A stretch of 64,000 bases of DNA, from the NCBI RefSeq assembly GCF_009914755.1, contig NC_060934.1. The stretch is one strand, 5' to 3'. Source of the DNA: the human T2T-CHM13v2.0 reference genome, Homo sapiens. Both the position numbers and the translations under genes were made by a program. The notes under the pieces were generated by a model that did no database searches, had not been told where the DNA came from, and saw nothing but the letters and a program-made list of their open reading frames with translations. Every line of letters starts with the position of its first letter. Positions within the stretch are counted from its first letter, which is position 1. Shown here piece after piece: positions 54,753 to 64,000 of the stretch.

Positions 54753-55261
54753 ATGACTAACTTGTCTACCTATAACAAAGCCAAACACAGACCTTCTAAA
54801 TTGTCTTTTTTTTTCTTATAAATGATTAGTTGAACTGCTTAACCCCACAGACCAATCTGGACAAAATATCCAGTAACTTGACTTGACCAAACCTTAGAGA
54901 CTTCACTCCTTCCCCTATGCCCCTGAACTTTGGCCCACCCTTGAGCTTACTCAAGCATTGCAAGCTAAGGGGACACTGGAACAAGTATCAAAATCTCCTA
55001 AACAGCCCCTCTTGAGAACCAGCTAACCATAAAAAAGGACATTTTCTGCTCAACTCTCCACTGCTGATCCCACTTCCAACACCTGGTTCTTTCTAGCCTT
55101 GTTTACTCTTCCCTATAAAAGAAAAGCTCTTTCTGCCTGATTGTTGAGACAATTGTAGATAATACAGTCAATGCATTCTCCCATTGCAATAGTTCCTTTC
55201 CCCCATTGCAGTAGTCCACCATCCTCAATTGTAATAGTCTCTCCTTACTAAGTCTCAATTT

Positions 55262-55269
55262 GTTTTTTA

Positions 55270-55300
<31 letters not shown>

Positions 55301-55587
55301 GAGACAGAGTCTCACTCTATCTCCCAGGCTGCAGTACAGTGGCTCAATCTCACCTGACTGCAACCTCCACCTGCCAGGCTCAACCAGTTCTACTGCCTCA
55401 ACCTCCTGAGTAGCTGGGACCACAGGCTCAGGCCACCATATCTGGCTGATTTTTGGGGGTTTTTTTGCTTGTTTGTTTGTTTTAGTAGAGACAGGGTTTC
55501 ACCATGTTGGCCAGGCTGGTCTCAAACTCCTGGCCTCGTGATCTGCCAACCTTGGCCCCCCAGAGTGCTGGGATTACAGGCATGAGT
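55262..55587 (-). mobile_element. Alu (J-like), slightly 5'-truncated
   Basis: Dimer with (TTTA)n tail; ends at gcatgag. Confidence 0.92.
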
Positions 55588-56299
55588 CCATTTATTTTAT
55601 GACACTGTGTAAATAGTTTCTAATAGTTTTTAGAAGTATATTTTTCCTGTGTCATATTTGCTTTTATTTATGATTTCCCTTTAATGGATTTTAAGTGTTC
55701 ATCTGAATCAGAAGCCACATAGGCAGAGGGATCAAACTCTTAAAGGGTATTAACAAGATTCCCACATACCTCTAATGTTGAAATGGAAACAAATAGGTAG
55801 GAGGCCCACTTCTATTTGCAAACACCTCCAGATAACTAATTCTATTCTAATAGCTTGCTGGCTGCAGAATCACCATTTCTAAGGCCTTTCAATTCATTTC
55901 CAGCTAATGCCTGCGGTGCTAGTGCATAATGAAAAAGAAAACTAAACTAAAATATTTTATCAGATCACAGCAAGCTAAAAGTCAAGCCAACTCCAAGCTT
56001 CACAGAGTATCTTGTCATCTTATCCCTGAACTGGCCCAAATAAATGGTTTGCAAGTGTTTACAAACTATCAACATTGCACTCTTGCAAATATTTATGTGA
56101 TCCTCTGAGTTTCAATAACATGATTTTCAAAAACAAATGTGGCAATACAATATGCAGACTGGCAAAAGTTTTTTTGACTTATGAACTTAGTAATAGGTAA
56201 AATCATATATGAGTTAAAATGTAAATCACATTTAGTTATGCAAATTTAATGAACTGCTCACTAAAATCATAGCTGACATTAAACCTCCAGGATATATGA

Positions 56300-56674
56300 T
56301 GTATTAGTATATTTTCACACTGCTATAAAGAAATGCCCAAGACTGGGTAATTTATAAAGAAAAGAGATCTAATTGACTCACAGTTCAGCATGGCTGGGGA
56401 GGTCTCAGGAAACTTACAATCATGGTGGAAGGTGAAGGGGAAGCAAGGCACATCTTACATGGTGGCAGGCGAGAAAGAGCCTGTGAAGGAGGAACTGTCA
56501 AACACTTATAAAACCATCAGATATCATGAGAACTCACTATCATGAGAACACCATGGGGGAAACCACCCCCATGATTCAATTACCTCCACCTGGTCTCTCC
56601 CTTGACATGTGTAGATTATGGGGATGACAATTCAAGATGAGATTTGGGTGGGGACACAAAGACTAACCTTATCA
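56300..56674 (-). mobile_element. THE1D-like solo LTR
   Basis: tgtattagtatattttcacactgctataaag ... gagatttgggtggggacaca. Confidence 0.85.
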
Positions 56675-56754
56675 CATGGTGCCCATAGTCATAGGGTACA
56701 TTTACTGGATTCCTTTTCTAAAGTTTCTGGTGTACGCTGTCATTGTTATCAGCA

Positions 56755-57535
56755 TCAGTAGTGTGCTGAGAAATGTTTAACCACTGTCTGGGGATTGTAG
56801 GGGGGGCAGGTAGGTCCTGATGTGTGGCACTTGCCAGTCTCTATGCTGTAAATACTCCCACCATGGATGACTTCAAACTATCAGTATGACTGCACTGGGA
56901 GTTGAAGAAGAGATCCTCAGTAACACACCATCATATATAGCATTTCTGCCGTACATGTGGGGGTCTGTCCTGCAGACCCCAGCTGCACAGCAGATGAGAC
57001 ACGTACTCAGACACCGATATTCAGTGAAAGAGCAGGCCAGGGGGCTGCCGGCACCAGGAGCCAAAGAGAGTTTGCTGCCCGTCTAAGCTGGTAATGCTTA
57101 CATTTATTTAGTACAGATTTAATTGACAGAGGCTTTGAGTCAACACACCTGTGGGTAATTAACCTGGTCACCTCCCCCCGACCACGGAGAGGGCCATTCT
57201 GCCCTCGAATGATCAAAGGTTGATTTAGGACCACATGAGTAAACAAGCTATTTAGATAAACTCCTCTACATTCCTATGTATCTGTGCCCTAAGCTTTTAA
57301 GAGAATTCAGCTGCCTTCAGCCAAATAGTTTATGCAAACCCTCAGGCCTTCCAAGAGGGTTTGTGTTTATTTCCTATAATTTTACAATTTCTCCCACCAT
57401 CCTGACTGAACCCCCACACATACAGATACAACAGATGTAAAATAACCTCAGCACAGATAATAAAATTTAGTATCTTATTAAAATTTAGTAAGACCATAAG
57501 GAAGTAATGAATTTTGACTATATATTACCTTTGTT
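56755..57535. mobile_element. MER63-like hAT fossil interrupted by LTR22
   Basis: cagtagtgtgctgagaaatgtttaac; tgtaaatactcccaccatgg. Confidence 0.6.
56956..57418 (-). mobile_element. LTR22 (HERV-K HML5) solo LTR
   Basis: Reverse complement begins tgtgggggttcagtcaggatggtgggagaaattg; TSD cgtaca/cataca. Confidence 0.8.
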
Positions 57536-57549
57536 TTAATATGACTTTC

Positions 57550-58175
57550 ACATTTATAGCAGCTTTATTCATAATCACCAAAAAATGGAAACAACCTGAA
57601 TATCCTTCATTGGGCGAACAAACTGTGGGACATCCATAAAATGGAATACCACCAAAAAGCAGCAATATGGATTAGTCTCAAAGACGTTGTACTCAGTGAA
57701 AGAAGCCAGTCTCCAGAGGTCATGTTATGCATTATGACATTTATGTGACACCTTGGAAAAGGCAAATCCATAGGGAAGGAGAACAAATCAGTGTTTGCCA
57801 GAGGCTGGGGTAGGGTGAGGGCTTGCCTACAAAGAGGAAGCATGAGGGAATATTTCAGGGTGATGGAACTGCCCTGGATTCTGACTGTGGTTATGGTTAC
57901 ATAAAACTATACATGTGTCAAAACTCATATAACTGTACTTCCAAAAAAGTTAATTTTATGGTATTTTTAAATGAAACAAAGAAATGATAGACAATGGAGA
58001 CTCAGAGTGATGAGAGGGGTAGGAAGCGGGTGGATGATGAGAGGATGCTTGGTGGATACAATGTGTGTTACTCCAGTGATGGATGCACAGAAGGCCCTGA
58101 CTTCACCACAATGCAATATATCAGTGTTGCAAAATTGCACTTGTACCCCATGAATACATACAAATAAAACAATGT
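57550..58175 (+). mobile_element. Two L1 3'-end fragments (older L1M ~57550-57970; L1MA/PB ~57985-58175)
   Basis: atttatagcagctttattcataatcaccaaaaaatggaaacaacc; ccctgacttcaccacaatgcaatatatc. Confidence 0.75.
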
Positions 58176-59450
58176 TAACTTAAATTTTAAAAAGTATTTT
58201 TAAATTTAAAAAAATTAAGTGACAGATATAAACTTGCATATATTTATATTATATATAATTTTATTTATACATAACATTTAATATACATGTTATATATAAT
58301 ATATATTACATACATAACTTTCTCTTAAAAAGTGCTTTAAATTTTCTATTTAGGTTTCTGCCAGAAAAGCTGCTTTGAGGAACTCTGCCACATCTGTGTT
58401 CTCTTAGCCTGATTTTCCATCTCTAAAAGAAGAGGATCAGTCTAGAGCAGTGACTTTTTTTTCATTCATTTTTCCTCCCAAATGGTGTCTCTGGCCACTC
58501 CCTTTGTGGAAGTGGGTGTGTTTGGAGAGAAAGTGCATTCAGCCTCCCCTGGGCTCTGGAGCCACAGCTTCACATCAATCAGAGCATTTGTACTTTTGTT
58601 TTGTCTCATATATTGTCTGCAGACCTCCAGATTCCAATAGCTGATCCCAAACTGCATCCCTAGGCATTCCAGGAGTTTGAACCCTCCCAATTCCAGGGCC
58701 TACTGCTGAGGCCAACTCATTTGTCCCTTGGGCAAGTGCTCCTGTGGCTTGCAGTGGTTAGCCAGACCAGGGAACTGGCTCTGATGGTGAGTGATTCTAA
58801 AGAAAACACTTTGAGATCCAGCTGGCAGGAGCTCCTTGCTTTACAACCTTTGGATTAAACACAATGAGAACTCTGAAAAGGCTGCAAAATCTAGTCCTCC
58901 CTGATGGAGGGTCTGAAAGGATCTTAAACCATTTTTTCCCCCTCCCACAGGATGATATTTGGAAGCACACTTTATAAAAATAAAGGGATATGCACAGATG
59001 GGGAAAATGCTGTGGATGGGGATGAGTGTGCTTCCCCAGGACCGGCAGAGCCCAAGATTATCATTAATAACAAGAACTGCTCTTTAAGCATGTGCCATGT
59101 TCCAGGTCCACTGCTAGCGATCAGTTCATCCTCACAACAACGCTGTGAGAGAAGGGCTGTCATTACTTTGACAGGTGAGGTCATCGGGCCTCCAGGAGGC
59201 CCCATATCAAATGCAATGCAAGTGACTGAGTTGACAGAGCTGGGTCCCAGCCCACAGCTGCAACCTTCCAAGCCAAGGCCTGCAAAATAAAACCCCAAGG
59301 ACTGAAAACAGGCCTGCCCTTCTCTCAGTACATGCCTCAGACAAGGAGACTTAAGCCATTTTTCCTCAAAGGCTGGTGGAAGGTAGCTGCAAACACCTTG
59401 AGACCTTGTCACCTGACAAAACATTATTTTTAAATGTTATACAGTTGATT

Positions 59451-59863
59451 TGATACGGTTTGGATCTGTGTCCCCACCCAATCTCAAGTTGAATTGTAAT
59501 CCCTGGTGTTGGAGGTGGAGCCTGGTGGGAGGGTGACTGGACCACTGGGGAGGAGTTCTTATGAATGGGTTAGCAACATCTCCTCAGTGCTGTTCCCCTG
59601 ATAGTGAGTTATTGTGAGATCTGCTTGTTTAAAAGTGTGTAGCACCTCCCTCTCTCTTTCTTCTTCCTGCTCCTGCCATGTAAGATGCCTGCTCCCACTT
59701 TGCCTTCGGCCATGACTAAAAATTGTTTGAGGCCTCCCCAGAAGCAGAAGTCGCTATGCTTCCTGTATAGCCTGCAGAAGTATGAGCCAATTAAACCTCT
59801 TTTCTTTATAAATTACCCAGTGTCAGATGTTTCTTTATAGCAATGTGGGAACAGATTAGTATA
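59451..59863 (+). mobile_element. MSTA solo LTR
   Basis: tgatacggtttggatctgtgtccccaccca ... gagccaattaaacctctttt. Confidence 0.9.
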
Positions 59864-60510
59864 GGAATACTTTCTTCAAAAGCTTTCTTATGCTTAAGCC
59901 CTTCTAGGAAACCAAAGTTGGGCTGCTCTGGTTAGAGATGAGAGCAAGGGTGACCTGAGGTCGTCTGAGACTCCCTGGGCTCCCAGAGAACCATTTGAAG
60001 GCCACGTATTTTGTAGGTTGGCTCTCATTGTGAGAGATACCAGAGGGCCACGGTGCCTACGGCTCTGTGGTTTTGGGTTCCAATGAATGAGCTAGGATTC
60101 TGGCTGACTTGCTCCTGGGTAGACAGGCTGGGCAGGAATGGGTAGACAGGCTGGGCAGGGCTGTAATATTCCAGGCCTAACACATGGCTTGGGTGCTGCT
60201 GGCCGGTCCCCCTGAGTGGGCACCACCTGCTTCACCTCCCTGACCAGGCACTAGTGGTCATGACTTGGCACTCTCAGGGTAGGAAACTAATATTCATCTT
60301 CTATTTAGTGAGTTTTACTCTTCAAAGATATGTGGACTATAAGGTCAAAACCTCCAGTAACTCTCCCTTTTTTCCTTCCTATTATAGGAGACATCATGTG
60401 AGTTTCTGAATAAACAAAAGTATTATACAAGCTCAAGTTCAGATCTTGGTGGAAGAACAACAGCCGACCAGCACCTGGGACCCCGCAGGCAGGGCTGGCC
60501 AGGATGCCCC

Positions 60511-60991
60511 TCGGTTGGGTTACCCATTAAACCGACCTCCTTCTCATGGACCTCAGGGATCACACCACCCCTCAGGGAGCTGACTATGTGCGCAATATTC
60601 TTGCCAAACCACTGGAACTCCTGGTAGATGCAGGGCTCCCCAAAGCCATTGTCAGGCTGATGGGTGTCCGGCAGGGGCGCAGCTGCTACTTCCCTGGGAG
60701 AGGGCAGAGAGGGGCAGCCCTGCCTCGCGACCATGAATGTGATCCGCGATGTGGCCCAGCAAGTTGCGCAAGTGCGAGACGCGCGCGGCGGCCACAGGCA
60801 CCTGAGCATCCTGAACGCCACTGGAAGATGGCGTCCAACGCCCCCACTGAGACATTGACGACAGTGGTGATACGATTACCGGACAGCATGAGCGTGTTTC
60901 TGGGCCACCCCTTGAATATACAGGTTGTTGGTGATCTGTGAGAGGTCAGTGGCCAAGGCACTGGACAGGAGGGCCCCGGGAGTGTGGTCAC
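60511..60991 (-). pseudogene. Intronless DUSP18/DUSP21-like dual-specificity phosphatase pseudogene
   Basis: Minus-strand blocks in shifting frames are colinear with DUSP18/21 as recalled: VTT (GTG at 60991, equivalent to MTA), LSQITNNLYI (60944-60915), NTLMLSGNRITTVVNVSVGALDAIFQ (60898-60821), GVQDAQVPVAAARVSHLRNLLGHIADHIH (60819-60733), QPDNGFGEPCIYQEFQWFGKNIAHIVSSLRGGVIPEVHEKEVGLM (60659-60525). Compare DUSP18 LSQITKSLYI / NKLMLSSNQITMVINVSV / QVPVAD..IADHIH / RPNSGFWEQLIHYEFQLFGKNTVHMVSSPVGMIPDIYEKEVRLM. It has frameshifts and no HCxxGxSRS motif. Confidence 0.92.
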
Positions 60992-61200
60992 CCAGGCGGA
61001 GGTTCGGCGGCCAGCGAGGAGCGAGGTGCGCATCTTTCTACGGGGGCTCAGCCCACCGAAGCTCTCATCCGTCAATGGGCGGGTTCGTTCAGCAAGCAGC
61101 CACTGCGAAGTCTTCGGAAGGGGTTTGCGGGAGAGAAGACGGGTCATGATCTTGGAGCCATAAGTCCTGCCCGCCCTGGGCTCTGGTTTCCGTGGCAGGC
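60660..61200. promoter_or_regulatory. CpG-island-like GC-rich segment over the 5' half and upstream of the DUSP pseudogene
   Basis: Dense CpGs (e.g. gcgcgcggcgg 60781-60791) in an otherwise CpG-depleted window; GC box gggcggg 61077-61083; half-CRE cgtca 61070-61074; tgcgca 61027-61032. Confidence 0.55.
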
Positions 61201-61829
61201 AGGAATCAGCAGTGCCTGGTCTTCGGAAAAACCCAACCTGGCTTCTTGGCTTCCCTGCCTGGGCTCACCCAGTTACACACCCACAACTGCCACTGGCCCC
61301 ACTGCAGCCCTCTTTGAAAAGTCTGCATTTAATTTTGTTGAGCATTTAAAAGAAAACTTGGTAATCTCCTCCTATTTCTTACGGAGTTTAAAATGCAGTT
61401 CACTATCTCCTCTAAGCACAAATAGAAGAAAATCCATTTCGTCTGCCATATTAGATATTAAATTCAGAACAAAACTACTGGAAATGGGAGCTTTTAGCAT
61501 TGGAGGGCATCTTAATGGAAATGCCCTGTCTGGAAAACTGTAAGATGGGGTACACCCCAGTTGCCTGGAATCCTTTAAGTAATGACTATCTAAACAGCTC
61601 TAGGAGATTTAAGCCCCAAAGGCCAAATGAAGAACTCCCCAAAAAACAGTCTGGAAGTCAGAGGAGATAATGTCCTCAACTACTTGGATGGCTTTACCGA
61701 TTTTTCAAGAGACATCTATGTCTCCATAAAAGCCAATGCAGTGACTAATCGCTCTCAAGTGTCTAGAGAGTTCCTCACTCACTACTGATGTTACTGCTAT
61801 TATTTAGGATTCGTGATTCACCAAACCAC

Positions 61830-61976
61830 AGCCTAGAGACTTCAGAGGGAGCATGACTCTGCCAATATCTTGATTCTGAACTTATAGTCTTCATAACTGT
61901 GAGAGATTAAATGTCTGTGTTTTAAGCCATATGGTTCATAGTGCTTTGTTATTGCAGGCCTAGGAAAGTAATTCAC
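61830..61976 (+). mobile_element. MLT1 LTR 3' fragment
   Basis: cttcagagggagcatgactctgccaatatcttgatt...aactgtgagagattaaatgtctgtgttttaagcca. Confidence 0.7.
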
Positions 61977-62006
61977 CTCTCTCCTGTTTCACTCATGAAA
62001 GTATAC

Positions 62007-62032
62007 CTTGCATTAAGTATACTTAATGCAAG
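62007..62032. repeat. Perfect 26-bp palindrome
   Basis: cttgcattaagta|tacttaatgcaag. Confidence 0.95.
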
Positions 62033-62851
62033 CAAATAAGAGAGACGATATTATAGGAACAACTTTGAATTCACTCTTAAAATACAAAACCATTTCCCAA
62101 ACTTATATTAAATGTAATCTGTAACAAATTGCTTCCAAAACACTTCCCAACCAATCACAATATACTCAAGCAACCCACTATCAGGGCTAGGAACTGTTCA
62201 TCTCACCCAACACTTTCATTTTCCTGGAGAAATGGAGACCCAAAAAGGCCAAACAGCTCACCAAAGGTGACATAGCAACTTGACTGTGCGTTTCTCCTCG
62301 TAGCTAGCTCACTTTGTTCTAGCCAAGTTTTTAGCACAGATAGAAAAAAGAAAATGGGAGGCACGTAGAGGATGTCTCATCATTGCTTATATCAGTCTTC
62401 AGACTTCGCCTTCTGGCTCCAGTTTAAATCACTTTATGCAGGATGGCTGAAGCCTGTGACTTCCATAAGCAATTCTGTTTGTAACTCTGAATTTGAAGGC
62501 TGATACTGGGACCCATTTAGCCCGCCGGACAAACTGAATGACTGTTCAGTGTATAGAGATTAGGATGTAATACAATATCCATGTCAGAGCATAGATCATG
62601 GGCAGAAGAGGAAGAGAATCAGTGCTTTGATATTGCCATTAAGTGGCTCAGATTGATTGGTATTTAACCCTCCTTGGATAGAAAGACCAATGGTGAATCC
62701 ATCAAGAGGCCTGAATTATCATTTTCAAGTGAGTGGTTTCTTCTCTCTGTGTCTCAAACAAGGGTCCTAAACAGTCCTCAAAAGTAGCCAAGATCAAATG
62801 TCAAAATTGGCACATAAGGAATTTATAAGTGCAATTAACTAATATCTTTAG

Positions 62852-63497
<646 letters not shown>

Positions 63498-64000
63498 TAA
63501 AACCTTGAGTTACAGCAGAATAACCTCCCTGAGACATTAGAAGAAGAAATAGGGAGCACTGCTGGGAGATGCCCAACTGTAGCCTAAAGGGCTGCAGTGG
63601 TATCTATAGGGGAGAAAGTAAACTGGGAATAGAACAGGAAGAAAGCAAAGAGGATCCTAGGCAATTGCTTTTAATGAAGCAAAATGTCAGAGGGCTGAAC
63701 ATTTTGATATGTTGAGGTATTTTTCTTAATGCAAATAGCTGACTCATATGTAAATTAAATCAGAAGGGTGATTTGAGGTCTGTCAAAAAATCCCTCAAAA
63801 CCACTTACCTCCTTATAAGTATTCCTATTATTTCTTTTAGGCTGTAAATGTGCCTGCCCTTCCCACAACTCTGTAAGAAACAGTCTCAAATGTTCATGTT
63901 ATCTGCAGTATTACTATGATTGACTGGATAAATAGTGGACACTCGATCCAAGACCAGGCAATCTATTGTCTAGCCAGCACCCAATTAAAATACTTCCTGA

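Larger units (their letters stand above)
52717..55604 (+). mobile_element. MER67-like outer LTR split into four pieces by nested insertions
   Basis: Pieces 52717-52801, 53435-53514, 54753-55261 and 55588-55604 join across TSDs; ends ttatgaca. Confidence 0.55.

Noticed and set aside
60423-61147. Functional DUSP gene
   Set aside because: Multiple frameshifts, GTG start, and loss of the catalytic Asp and the Cys-containing loop; no splice arrangement is visible that restores the missing motif.
60938-61543. Longest ORF (201 aa, plus strand) and other ORFs overlapping the CpG-rich block
   Set aside because: Non-ATG start and no recognisable domain; stop-codon scarcity is explained by GC richness and antisense overlap with the DUSP pseudogene.

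Overview
Primate (human-like) genomic DNA, intergenic in character and dominated by transposable elements. It holds 14 Alus, several L1 fragments, two full-length MaLR proviruses (MLT1H-like and THE1C), many solo and nested ERV LTRs (MER21, MER50, LTR16, LTR9, HERV-H LTR7, HERV-E LTR2, LTR8, HML5 LTR22, MER34/MER67 group), DNA-transposon fossils, and MIR/L2. No intact protein-coding gene is supported. The one gene-derived sequence is an intronless, CpG-rich, disabled DUSP18/DUSP21-family phosphatase on the minus strand (~60511-60991). It has frameshifts, a catalytic Asp->Ala change and a deletion of the HCxxGxxRS P-loop. Other notable items are an L1 internal fragment fused to a 54-bp near-identical inverted copy of the neighbouring THE1C interior, an L1 3' transduction, deep LTR nesting, and several local templated duplications and palindromes. 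Repeat subfamily names come from recall of consensus sequences and were not confirmed by search.
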